From Epithemia pelagica (Eukaryota > Protista > Bacillariophyta), in NCBI GenBank assembly GCA_946965045.2, contig OX337237.1, positions 3,224,001 to 3,288,000 of the forward strand: a stretch of 64,000 bases of DNA. The letters run 5' to 3'. The stretch's first letter is position 1; each line of letters opens with the position of its first letter. The notes beneath the pieces are model-generated. The model did no database searches, had not been told where the DNA came from, and worked only from the letters and a program-made list of their open reading frames with translations. Shown one piece after another: positions 42,968 to 53,973 of the stretch. The position numbers and the translations under genes were made by a program.

Positions 42968-44650
42968 TCAAGAGAACATGTACTGAGCCATGTGGATCTT
43001 CTGCTTGTGCTCTTTCTGTTTGAAACTAACTTTCTTACTCGTCTTGGATGCGGCATTGGATAGAACATTAGACAAATCAGAAGCTGGATGATTGAGGTCG
43101 GTTGACGTCATTGCTTGATGGATGAGATGGGTGGCTGGATCGGAATCATCCTGCGGATATGTGAGGTTGTCCAGGTCGTCGAAAACATCTTGACCGGGGT
43201 CAGGATCAGGTTCAGGATCAATGTCAAGGGAGTGTTGCTGTACGTTTCTTGGACTTGGAGTAGGAGCTTGCACGTTCTTGTTATACTCAACAATCACCTT
43301 GCGAGCATCCTCAGGAAGTTTAAACCATAGGTCACGAGGAAGACTGGCTTTTGGAGATGCCGTGTTGTCATCTTGGACGTTGGTATTGTTTATCTGATAT
43401 GCATTGTCTTCCTGAAGAGATCCCTCAATATCATGTTGTGTTTCGTGTTGCTCGTGTTGCTTGACACTACGACGACGACCAGTTGCAGAAGATTGCGTGA
43501 CTTGATCATGGTCATATGCTGCGTCCATCAAAATGGAGAAGTACGACTGATAACATAAAGACTTTGCTCCAGACTTCGTGTTGACGACGTTGTCCAAGAT
43601 TTTAACTCTGCGAAGGTCAGGTACCTTCTCGACAGCTTGCATAAGAAACGTCATCCTGGTGTGATCAGGTATGCGATCAGAGAGATCAACAAGGTTATCG
43701 AGTAAACGTAGTTTGTCTTGGAAATGAAGCAAGAATTGACGTGATGATCCACGCCATGTATCATCGAGGCGAAGGTTGGAGATGTAATTGGTTAATCGTA
43801 GGACCTCTCGTTTTGCTAAGTCTGACTTCGTATACAATGTGTGAAGCTTCTGTAACACTGCTCGTGCGTCTTCATCATGTTCATGTTTGCGAACATAAGC
43901 TCTTCCTTGATCAGTCTGGATGATGCGCACAAGGACGGAGTATAGGAAGATTTGTTGCTCTTGGAAAAGTTCTGTTGCATACGTATCATTCGTCGGCGGC
44001 TTGTATCGGAAGTCAAGAACATTAGATAAACCTTGGGCTTTTGCTGTGGTCTTGAAAGTCCTCCAGAACGTGTCGTAGTATCGTTCATCCTTGAATGTTT
44101 CATATGCCATAGCGTCACGCTTGGTTCCCTTCTTGAATGCGGTTAGGTCCAGTTGGGACTGTGATGCAGCAGAAGTAGTACTAAACGATTTGGGTGACGT
44201 CGAATGGGATGGAGATTTCATAGGTGATACTGGGTCAGTGATAGGACTTCCAGAGCGAAAGTCAGTGTTTATCCTCCATAGATCAAATTCTGCCTTGGTC
44301 AGATTCATCCAGGTTGCCTTGGAAGGTATACCCTGAATGTCGATACTCGTTTGTCGGAACCAATGGGCAAGCAACTTGATCTGCTGGCTTGTATTGACAT
44401 GTAGGTCGTGCATTTGTTTTCCTGACTTGTATTTTGTCATACTATCCATGTTCTTCTCAGGGTCAATCGCCATATGTTCAATGATACTAAGGATATCATC
44501 AAAAGCATGATGGTGCATCCATTTCACGAGTACATCGACCCTTTCCTTGGAAAAGTTGAACAACACCTGAGTAATATGATCAAAGACTTCTTGATCAGAT
44601 ATACTTTGATTGGGGTTGAACTCTGATGTGGTCGGTGTAGTTGGTTCCAT
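42968..44650 (-). CDS. gag: Gag-like protein of element 2 (560 aa)
   Basis: The CoDi-type gag block FKKGTKRDAMAYETFKDERYYDTFWRTFKTTAKAQGLSNVLD lies downstream of the PBS. Confidence 0.85.
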   Translation of the reverse strand: MEPTTPTTSEFNPNQSISDQEVFDHITQVLFNFSKERVDVLVKWMHHHAFDDILSIIEHMAIDPEKNMDSMTKYKSGKQMHDLHVNTSQQIKLLAHWFRQTSIDIQGIPSKATWMNLTKAEFDLWRINTDFRSGSPITDPVSPMKSPSHSTSPKSFSTTSAASQSQLDLTAFKKGTKRDAMAYETFKDERYYDTFWRTFKTTAKAQGLSNVLDFRYKPPTNDTYATELFQEQQIFLYSVLVRIIQTDQGRAYVRKHEHDEDARAVLQKLHTLYTKSDLAKREVLRLTNYISNLRLDDTWRGSSRQFLLHFQDKLRLLDNLVDLSDRIPDHTRMTFLMQAVEKVPDLRRVKILDNVVNTKSGAKSLCYQSYFSILMDAAYDHDQVTQSSATGRRRSVKQHEQHETQHDIEGSLQEDNAYQINNTNVQDDNTASPKASLPRDLWFKLPEDARKVIVEYNKNVQAPTPSPRNVQQHSLDIDPEPDPDPGQDVFDDLDNLTYPQDDSDPATHLIHQAMTSTDLNHPASDLSNVLSNAASKTSKKVSFKQKEHKQKIHMAQYMFS

Positions 44651-44726
44651 GATTGCTTGACTTGGTGATAAGATATGTTGATATGTGTCCTGTGATGTCT
44701 TAGTCGAAAACTTTAGTTATGTTTTG

Positions 44727-44832
44727 TAACCCGGATGTGTGGTGTGCCTTGCGAACCCGGATGTGCCACGTGTGTGCCACGTATGAAGTACCCGGATGTG
44801 TGTTGTGATGTCCAAAAGGTAACCCGGATGTG
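44727..44832. repeat. Four spaced copies of ACCCGGATGTG in the 5' leader of element 2
   Basis: Copies at about 44729, 44755, 44790 and 44822. Confidence 0.9.
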
Positions 44833-45213
44833 CGGAACTTGGTTTTGTCTCCGGTTTGGTGTGAAAACTACTTAAAGTTATTTATTCTTGGTCACTTCCA
44901 GACTCGTTGCGGTGATCGAGTTGATCCGGAGATTCAGTAACAGAAGGCGGCTTCTTCGTCGTACTCGTAGTAGTCCTCAACAAAAGTGGTTCACTGGTTG
45001 GATGAGTATTGGGAAGGTAGTTGTACGGAGTCCTGGTGCAGCTTGAGGTCCTGGAATAGGAGAGGGTTGGTGACCCTAGCCTTAGCTAGGCTGGCCCTGT
45101 TGATGGGTTGAGTAGCTTTGTCCTCTAACTCTTGTTTGTTGTGGTAGCTCAATCTGTAACGGGTGTTGATGGGTAAGTAAGGTTTCAATTGCAACTGCAG
45201 GGAAATAAGCATT

Positions 45214-45226
45214 GAGACTGTTAATC
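45214..45226 (-). promoter_or_regulatory. Putative PBS of element 2, complementary to a tRNA-Asn(GUU) anticodon arm
   Basis: Element-sense GATTAACAGTCTC abuts the LTR. The plus strand reads GAGACTGTTAATC, a stem around the CUGUUAA anticodon loop. Confidence 0.65.
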
Positions 45227-45935
45227 TAGTAGAGATTCATCAATACACGCTCTAGAAGAGCCACAATCGATTACCAACTGATACCAAGGTTCTCCACGGG
45301 TCAGAGAACAAAGGAAACCCAAGGTTTCTATCGTAGGGATAGTCAGGACACTGAAGACGTGATGATATGGTAATGTTAATGATTGTGAGCTTTAGGACTA
45401 CGGTGTGTGTGTGGGTGTGCAGGTCTGGTCAGGGTGCATGACTGATATATTCATGGCGCTGACAGGACTGGTATGGTTGGAGTAGACATGGATATTGTGT
45501 ATTGGAAGTATATGCACTTGTATATCATATACCAATGCCAACAGCTCTTGCTTTGTCATGATATAGGTAGTTTCCTTGGCGCGTTGCTGTTTGCATTCTT
45601 TGATTTGTGGGAATAGAGATATGGTCTCGCGTGATCGTGATTCGTGCTTCGGTTACTTAGTCCGTTGGGCTAAGTCGTGGAGGTGCGTACTCGGATATTG
45701 ATTGCGCGCGCTTGAGAATAATGGGTGCGCACGTGTTGGGCCATAATTAATATCCGATCGGTCGCTCATAACGCATGCATTGCGAGCATGCCTTGGCCGA
45801 AATTAAAAGGTCTGCGAGCATGCCGTCATTCTTTTCTCACTTTTACGAAAATGTCATCGGATGCCATAAAATACTAGCATCAGTCGATGAGTTGTAGATT
45901 CCACCACAACCTAGTTGTTGGTGAGAATTCTGCCA
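45227..45935 (-). repeat. 5' LTR of element 2
   Basis: Direct repeat of 39781-40489. Confidence 0.96.
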
Positions 45936-46836
45936 CCCTTGTTGTTGTTTCTTGGAGAGTAATGCGATGCTGATTTCCAATCACCAGTATGGTAACGGTG
46001 GTGGCCCTGTCATGGATGGTGTTGTCTTCGTAGAGTCCTTGGAACCAAACGAGATTCGCGAAAAAGAGAAACAACAGGGCATACGCCCCTAGTCTATCCA
46101 CTGTGGGGTATTTCAGGTGGAGCGTCAGCAACCATTGAACCACAATCAAGAGAATATGACATATAGCAATGTAACCTCGTGTCCACGAAAAGAATAAAAC
46201 TCGAAGCGAAAGGACATTTCCCAGAAAGAGGAGTAACAGGGCCAACACCCAATACACCTCGTGGGCCAGTGTTCCATCCAAGTGGAGAGCAATGAAAATG
46301 GGTCCGCTCCAAAGAGCTACGCCAAACAGAAACCACTGGCACACGATCTTGCAAGGGTTTTGCGGTCGTTCTATTATTGGGTTTCCCGGTTGCGGCTGTT
46401 GTGGCTCGTGATTCTGCTGCTGCTGTTCCTCCTTTGGGTCCTCGTTTAACGTTTCTTCAGCTGCTACTACACCAAGGCTTTCCGGATCCTTTTCTCCTGG
46501 TCGTACCATGTTGCTCAAGTCGCTTCTTGGTGGTTCTTGTGGATGCTTTGTTGTTGTCGTCGGGGATGGTGGTCCCTCTTTCCTGTGGTGGTGGTGGTTG
46601 TTGTTGGGGGACACGAGTGCCATGGTCTTGGTATTCCGAGGTTCGTTGTTGACTGCTGTGACGATTGGTCCACGCCATTAAGAGAAACGCATGATGATTC
46701 GTTCCGCAATCAGTATCCAAGAGTTTCCAACATTCGACACCACCAGACATCATCATCATCATCATCATCAAAACATGCACCAACCAATCGGATTGGCGAG
46801 CAGGGGCCATAACGAACATCGATCCGTTGATTCCTC

Positions 46837-47256
46837 CATCAGGCTGTTCCTTGACTTTCCCGAAACGAAAACTGAAACGTGACACGTCATCATTTTACAT
46901 CATCTTGACGTCACACATCCGGGTATTATTGGTTTTCAACTTTCGGGCTTCCGAAAGTTGGTACCAACTTTCGTAAACCTTAGTGCTCTTACGAAAGTTG
47001 AAATCACATTAGGGATATTAGTTCCCATTGCTAGTGTACCATTTGCCTACAGTTTCGAATCAGTCAGACAGGCGTTCGACATGGCATGCAGGCGTTGAAC
47101 TCCAACGGTCGGTGCATCCTCTGTCCGTTTGCATTGTTTCAGCATACTTTGGTTTCGTTGAGCTCAAGGACGGCATTTCGCGCCAAAACAAGAAAATATG
47201 ATGTGACAACACGATTCAGTTTTCGTTTCGGAAAGCTAAAAAGGAACAGCCTCATG
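46837..47256. promoter_or_regulatory. Symmetric intergenic region between the divergent TMEM185-like and VTA1 genes
   Basis: Inverted arms contain exact 17-bp (46860-46876/47215-47231) and 12-bp (46841-46852/47241-47252) blocks. Four alternating CAACTTTCG units at 46937-47000 include a perfect 22-bp palindrome at 46952-46973. Confidence 0.65.
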
Positions 47257-47553
47257 ACTCATGACCCAGGATGCGCATCTCGTCCGCTGCTGTCGTCGAT
47301 GGGTCGCGTTTGACCCTGAGACGGAGGGAAGGTCGGACGGAGCCAGGCGGTCGCTGTTGGGTAGGTCTATAGATCGCGCTTGAGTCACTTGAAAGGAAGT
47401 CGTGTTTGCCGTTTGAGTCGTGTGTGGCGGTCTCGATCGCGAAGATGGTGGGAATCACGGTGTTGCGGCTGCTGGTTTGATGTGGTTCTGTTGTTGTTCG
47501 TTGACAACTTTTGTGATTCGTTCCTCCTAAATCAACTTTCCATCACCACCATC

Positions 47554-48750
47554 ATGTCATCCACACCACCGACAACAACGACGCCCTTGTCGATTCCTCC
47601 CGAACTCAAGGCGATTACGCCCTTTGTCCGTCGCGCCGAAGAATTGGACAAGGAATCGTCATCGACTAATAGCAGTCGTCCGGAATCCCGATTGGTGGCC
47701 TATTATTGTCGTCAATATGCCGTCCGTCAAGGCATTGCGCTAGCGCAAGGCCATGCGGCCGCCACGGCGTGTTTGGGAACCTTGCTCCAACTCTTGGAAA
47801 CGGAAAAACCCCACATGGACACCTTTACGCGGCCCGAAGCGGAATTTGTTTGTCGACAATTTGCCTATGGTGTCTTTGACAAGGCCGATGGCGACGATCG
47901 CAGTGGCCAGGCCACCAAAACCACGGCCAAGACGTTTTATACGGCCGCCAGCTTTTTGCAAATGCTGCAACAATTTTATCCCGAATCGAACGAGGAAGCC
48001 ACCGACGAACAAACCACTCATATGCAAGAAGATAAAAAACGAGCCTTGTATGCCAAATGGAAAGCGACGGACATTCTCAAGGCACTCAAAGAGGGTCGGA
48101 CACCGCAAGCGGGGGGATATGGAGAACAAGAACCCGATCTTCCAGATGACGAAGAAGAAAAAGACGACAAAAAAGACTCCACCACACCGGCCACACAACC
48201 AACCAGCACTCCGGAACCCAGTACGACTCCTACTAGTACTAGTACTCCAGCCGTAGTGCCACCACCACCAACGACAGACGACGTGCTGCCACCTCCCCCA
48301 GCCTATCCCATGCCGCCACCACCGGCAGCAGTCGACTCGAAACCAACCGCACCGGAACCCAACCAGGTGGAAACCGTCTTTCGTGATGACGACGACGACA
48401 ATGACGACGATGACGAAGAGGGTACCGAAGTGGTGAGTGACTTGCCTCCTTCGTATCCTGGAGGAGCGAATGCCTTTCCCCCACCGGCACCAACGCATTC
48501 CTTGCCCCCCGTTGTCGTGGCTCCACCACCACCAGCACCACCAGCGAAAAAGCCAACGTCCAATAATAGTAGTAGTGGTGGTTGGTTTGGGGGCGGTCGT
48601 TCCAACCGGAAAAAGATTTCGCACAAAAAGGCTCACATTACCGATGCGACGGAATTGACGCGGTTTGCCATGGCGGCCTTGGAAGACAAGCAACCCGAAT
48701 TGGCGGCCGAACGATTGCAACAAGCCTTGGATGCCCTATATCAAGGATAG
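47554..48750 (+). CDS. VTA1: VTA1/LIP5, ESCRT-III/Vps4 activator
   Basis: N-terminal MIT-type Vta1 domain (IPPELKAITPFVRRAEEL, VAYYCRQYA, FYTAASFL, YAKWKATDI), a Pro-rich linker and a C-terminal VSL helix pair (DATELTRFAMAAL...ERLQQAL). Confidence 0.92.
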   Translation: MSSTPPTTTTPLSIPPELKAITPFVRRAEELDKESSSTNSSRPESRLVAYYCRQYAVRQGIALAQGHAAATACLGTLLQLLETEKPHMDTFTRPEAEFVCRQFAYGVFDKADGDDRSGQATKTTAKTFYTAASFLQMLQQFYPESNEEATDEQTTHMQEDKKRALYAKWKATDILKALKEGRTPQAGGYGEQEPDLPDDEEEKDDKKDSTTPATQPTSTPEPSTTPTSTSTPAVVPPPPTTDDVLPPPPAYPMPPPPAAVDSKPTAPEPNQVETVFRDDDDDNDDDDEEGTEVVSDLPPSYPGGANAFPPPAPTHSLPPVVVAPPPPAPPAKKPTSNNSSSGGWFGGGRSNRKKISHKKAHITDATELTRFAMAALEDKQPELAAERLQQALDALYQG

Positions 48751-49455
48751 ATACTGAAATAATGACTCTTACAACAAATAAATGTGAAGCATTAGGAGGA
48801 ATGATAGAGAGCATTTGTGTAGAGAGAGTTTGTGTCCCATAGTGTGGAAAGACAGACGGACTAGTATACTTGAGAGATAGAGAGCATGCTGTTTGTTCCA
48901 TAGATCTTTGGAGATTTGTTGTTGTTGGTGGTGGTTTCTGAGTCGTCCAACAAGGTAACTTTGGACGATTGTGATTGCCGTCCATGGCGGTGTCTGTCCA
49001 ATCTACCTGCCTCTAGTATTCTAGTTTGTATATAGAAAAAGGGAAAACATTGTTTGATGTGGTATTGCCTCTCTCTAATAGGAGCACAGAGTCGTTTGCT
49101 ATGGTCGTCCTTGGTGCGTTTGGAACCAACCAAACAAGCAAACAAACATAGATACCGTTCCACAACAGGAGAACATGGCACTTGTCGAATCAATGTCTTT
49201 GTTCCGTTTTGTGGTTGTTGTTGTTGTTGTGAGACTCCACAACAGCAGCTGCCCATTGACTCGCGGACTGCATCCGTGTTGGTGCGTGTCACGAATGGCC
49301 CTTTTTGGTTGGCAGTCATCTCCCAGCCATGGCAGTGTGTCATGAGAGAGCGGACGAGCCTCTTGGCAGCTGTCGTTCCTTGACGAGCAAGTCCTTGGTA
49401 GAAAGGGCAAAAACTAGTGAACTCGAGCTTCCCGTTGTACCAACCAACCAACTCT

Positions 49456-50364
49456 TTAGAATGAGGATGATGACGCCAAGGTGTGCGCCAAGACGAGTGC
49501 AAATCGTTCTTCGGCCAACTGTTGTTGCTGCTTCTTGTGTTTGGAAGCATGATTGCGTGCCAAGGACGACAAAAAGTTGCGTCCTTGATCTTGGTCTTGC
49601 TGCTGTTGTTGTTTGCGACGTACCAAGGACAGTAGAATGCGTTCCAATCCCAAGACGGTCCATTTCTCTTCGTCTTCGTCGTCAGTGTCTTGTGGGAGGG
49701 CCGTCGAACCTTGCGTGTCCTCGTCGTCATTGGAGTGCGAGCTCCAGGAATTCTTGCGGCGTTTGCGGCGCAACGAGTCGGAAAGGCGACGACTGCTGCT
49801 ATTGGAAGCAACGTCGTCGGCATCGTGATAGAGGACGCGTTGTAAATTGTGCGACAAGAGCTTGGGAACGATATCGGTTGCCGTAGTAGTAGTAGTGCTG
49901 CCACCATGACTGAGATTGCGCCGACACTGCGTGTCGAGTCGCGACAATAATTTCAAACAGTTCGTGGCATGTTTCTTGTGTCGCACCAACAAGTGCGTCG
50001 CATCGCGGACCATTTGAGATTGAAAATACACAATATCGTGTGCGGTATACCAAATTTCCGAATCGCAATAGTCCTCGCGATCCAATTCGGCCTCGACCTG
50101 TTGGGTCCGTGTCAAATCAAAGTGGACGGCCGAGCGCTTGTTGCCCGCAGGACTTTGTTGTCTGTCCTTTGCAGTAGTGTGTTGTTGTGATGGTGCATGC
50201 GCAAAGGGCCATTTGGTTCGGCGATGGACCTCCTTGTCGTTGGAAGCAGAACTGGTGGAGGAGACGGTGGTTTCCGTGTCATCCTCCGTGTAGTCGTAGT
50301 GATTCTTGTCTGAGGGATGATTCCGTTGCGTTTGGGGGGACAATGAAGGATGAATGCGAAACAT
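49456..50364 (-). CDS. VxF-WY-GLE family protein (302 aa)
   Basis: KRSAVHFD...EIWYTAHDI...VLGLERILL...FALVLAHTL. Confidence 0.75.
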   Translation of the reverse strand: MFRIHPSLSPQTQRNHPSDKNHYDYTEDDTETTVSSTSSASNDKEVHRRTKWPFAHAPSQQHTTAKDRQQSPAGNKRSAVHFDLTRTQQVEAELDREDYCDSEIWYTAHDIVYFQSQMVRDATHLLVRHKKHATNCLKLLSRLDTQCRRNLSHGGSTTTTTATDIVPKLLSHNLQRVLYHDADDVASNSSSRRLSDSLRRKRRKNSWSSHSNDDEDTQGSTALPQDTDDEDEEKWTVLGLERILLSLVRRKQQQQQDQDQGRNFLSSLARNHASKHKKQQQQLAEERFALVLAHTLASSSSF

Positions 50365-51302
50365 GATGCGTCTGGTTGTAGCAGCTCTGTTGTTATGGAG
50401 AGGTAGAGATTTGTGCTTTTTTGCGTTTGGTTCTCGTTTGGGTGGACCAAGTGTTCTCGTTTTGTGAGCAATGAACGTGTGCAGCTTTTTGGCATGCCCG
50501 GCACAGATGTGAGAGGCTGCGTTGGATTTGGATGGATTTGGATGGACACATGTCGGATTCTCCGTGATTTGTTATACGCCCACTCCCGCTTCGCCGGATG
50601 GACTAATGTACAATTTGTCGATAGAGTGGAAATGGTTTGGCAGACAAAGGGGAGTGCTTCGAGGAAGTTCTTCCGATCTCGCGCGGTCTTCCAGCGCTCC
50701 CTATCGAGCCGCGACTGGATAATACTATAGTCCATGGTCCCGAGTTCGCATCGATACCACTCCTCGTCTGAAAAGAACATGAAAATAGGTTCTATTGTAA
50801 TTGAAAATAATTATTTACCACCACTAGGGTTTAATGACCCATGCATGGAGAATGTTTGTTCTGCCGGCGGAATGCGAACCTCCGCTGCTGCTGCCGTTGT
50901 CGGTTGGGTGCGGTGGTGGCAGTAATAACTTCGCAGTCCGGGATCCGTTGGGTCGGGAGTCGGGAAGCACGAGATCCTTTCGCTGTTCGATCGCACACAT
51001 CCGTGTGGGCTCTCTACAATACGAACTACTCCTAGTATCTACTCCCCTAGGTATATGCGGTGCTCTTAGCTCTACCGGTAGGAGTAGTTTAGAGATAGCT
51101 CCAAAGCCTGGGACGAATCTATTGAGAGACATGTACATTCTATATTCTATCTCCAAATGTTTGGACCAACAACAAAAGAAGAAAGACCAAGACCACCTTT
51201 GAGAGAACCATTCCATTGCCAAACAGAGGATGACTTGTGTATGGAACTTCAGTTCCCCAACTCTATATTCGCTGTTACTCTACAAGCAGCGGTACTATCT
51301 AG

Positions 51303-52588
51303 TTAGTAGGAATCGTCGTGTTGCAAGGATGTGGCCAAGGCACGCGCCAATTCCTGGGCAAACAAACTGGACGCCATACTACCCGCCGAAACAGGGATCC
51401 AAACACCAGCAGCACCAGCAGCAGCAGTTCACTGGAACCGTCGTCGTGTCCCGGTCCTTCTTGTTGTACTACTGATGGAAGAATGCCTTGTCGGTGGTGG
51501 AGGTGGCGCAACTGTTGCTGTTGCAAGGCCAACAATCGTTGTTGACGCACAAAGTGCCGTCGTTCTTGATGGACGCGACGAAAGGTACTGGATCCCATGA
51601 GCAACCGCTCCAATCCCAACAAGAGAGGGGTTGTCGCCATGGCATGGTGGTGGTGGTGGTGGTGGTTGGCATGGTGGTGACTGCGAGGACGAGTGCGTCG
51701 ACCACAAGAACCAGAATGACAAGAAGCATGTCTTTCTTGTGGTGATGGGTGTGGACATGGCAACACATGCAGTGGGGGTGGATCCGCTGCGGCTGTGCGC
51801 GGTTCCGAGTATTCTTGTTCGAGTGGTGCTGCATAGACATAATGTTGTAGCATGTCCCGCAACAAGGTGCGAGAAATTTCCGTCGCATCGATCGAGTCTC
51901 TGCTGCTGGTGCTGGTGGATGCTGGTGTCGTATCGTTTTCTAGCCGTGTGGTTTCTTGTTGTTCTTGTTGTTGCACTACGGCTCGACGACAGCAATCCAA
52001 GTAGACGAGTCGGAGCGTGGTCAAACAGTGCGTGGCTCGTTCGGAATCCAACACCAAGACGGCTGATGCATCGGGGACCAATTGTTCCTTGAACCGAGCC
52101 AATTCCATGGTCGTATACCAAGCAGTATCTTTCGGGTAATCGTCGTCGTTGTCATGGTCGGGAGGATGTGTGGCTCGTTCCATTCTATCGCTGCCATTGT
52201 GGCAAACAAAGAGACTTGGAGCAAATCGAACCGATTTGGGGAGGAGCGGCTGGGGAGAGTTGGTGGTGGTGTGTGGCCTGTTGGTTTTGAGAATGCCCTT
52301 CTTGACAGGATGGCACGACGAAACGTGTCGTGGAGCATCATCATTCTCATGTAACGAGGGACCCAGACGAATCGAACGATACTGGGACAACGACGATGAA
52401 CCACCACAAGACGACGATGATGACGACGACGAGCAGGACGTGGTGGTGCTCGTGTCATCGTCCGGATCCTTTTCCGGCTGGACCATGGATTCGGTCGTGA
52501 ACGACAAATCATATCGAATGGTTTCACGAGGCATTTTTCTCTTGTTGCGTGGCACTTGTTGTTGTTGGTGTTGCAATGGTAATACCAT
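51303..52588 (-). CDS. VxF-WY-GLE family protein with an apparent 1-nt frameshift near 51428
   Basis: ATG at 52588, then KSVRFAP...TAWYTTMEL...LLGLERLL. The family-type C-terminus ASSLFAQELARALATSL lies in a shifted frame ending at 51303. Confidence 0.7.
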
Positions 52589-53973
52589 GGAGGAGCGAGT
52601 TTGTCGTCGTTCTCGGATTGAAATGAAAGTACAATGAAGCACTTCACTCGTTCTCGGATTGAAACAAAACAGAAGCACTTTGGTGCGATGGATCAAGCAA
52701 TACAAAAAATGAGATCAGAGCGAGGACGAATATTTTTGTGTGTGTGGTCCATGAAAAATAAACACTAGCGAGTGAAGGAGTGTAGAGTATGCATCGATGG
52801 TGGTGCACCTTCGTTGTATTGTGTAGAGATCCTTTGTTGGTTGGATGGTCGTCCGAATGCGAATCACAGTGTCATTCACCCATGGATTGGGTTCGCGTTT
52901 CCCCTCCTTCTTATTCGCAATACTGCAGTTCGTTGTTGTCTATGGTATGGTGCCCATCACACAATTTTTGGATTTTTTGTGGGTGGGTATCTTTGGATCT
53001 TTTTGGGGGCCTTCTGATGTCGTTCGGTTGTGCGACCTACATATGACCCAAGGGGAAAGTGGATCGACGGACTTGAGAAAGCTGTCAAGTCTCCTCTCTC
53101 TCTATCTCTCGACGGAGACCGAATCGAGGTCTCATCAACACATGACTATGGATCCTGTTCCTTTAGGTTTGTCATTTCTAGAGCAATGTGGGGTCTTACT
53201 CCATCTAGCTCCTTGTTGTCTCTCTCCTCTCTAAGTAGCTAGAGGAGTAGTTTTCTCCTTGACAAAACGTGAATGTTTCATGGGTAGTCCTTTCTTGCGT
53301 CGAATCTAGCAAGACCAAATCAGTGACCGACTGGACGGACACTTTGAATGTCTGCAGAGGAACATCCGAGCCGGTCTTCCGTTGTAGCTCTAAATTTTTG
53401 TCTCCGTTCAGTACTAGGCCAGCTGTAAGTAATTGTCAGGACCGTCCCCGTGGACCGTGGAGCACCAAAGGCTCGCATCTCGCAATTCTCATTTTTCTCA
53501 CATCTTCACAGAATGCGAATCTCCTCCTCCTTCGTTGGGGGGTTGGAACGACATGCAAGGTATGGTTCGTTCCACGAACAGAACGAGAAACCGACCCCAC
53601 CACCACCTACCAAACTCATCCACACATGCCAAAGAGACAAGGCGAACGAATCTTGATCGTGGTCGTTGGTTCGCCACAATGCGAACAAGACCCTTGTGCC
53701 ATGACCGCATGCCTCTCGCATACATATGCAATACCTACAACGGACATGCAAGGAATGGGAGTTGCCTTGAAAATTTGGAGCCGAGTTCTGTGGCGTTGGA
53801 GTGCACCGGGTCCCCAAACAGAACTCGACCGAAAGCCATGGCTCTGGACTCTCTGCCTTGGAATGTGGTCACAAAACACCCCCCATGCCAAAGGGTATCC
53901 GCGAGAAAGATTCCCATTGTTTGGAGAAGTAAAAGTTTGAAACACAAGGCCAACACCAAAAACCAGAAGCACC

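Larger units (their letters stand above)
39781..45935 (-). mobile_element. Ty1/copia (CoDi-like) LTR retrotransposon, element 2, non-autonomous
   Basis: 709-bp LTRs at 39781-40489 and 45227-45935, with no mismatch seen by eye. TSD CCCTT at 39776-39780 and 45936-45940. It has CoDi-type gag, protease and degenerate pol. Confidence 0.96.
38088..46623 (-). pseudogene. TMEM185-like multi-pass membrane protein with a PH-like domain, split by copia element 2 and carrying an in-frame TAA
   Basis: Joining 46623-45936 to 39775-38511 reads ...ETTTRGEWMGHLLLC... in frame. Motifs are LDG.L...VYW, WWIVFGPLW and KLEGATFSLLWILAPL, then a PLC-type PH-like region. After TAA at 38511-38513 the same frame continues to 38088, with a tail homologous to the paralog at 55976-57454. 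Confidence 0.85.

Noticed and set aside
45214-45226. tRNA gene fragments at 45214-45226 and 24185-24196
   Set aside because: Only 12-13 nt of anticodon-arm similarity with no cloverleaf. The position next to the LTR identifies them as PBSs.
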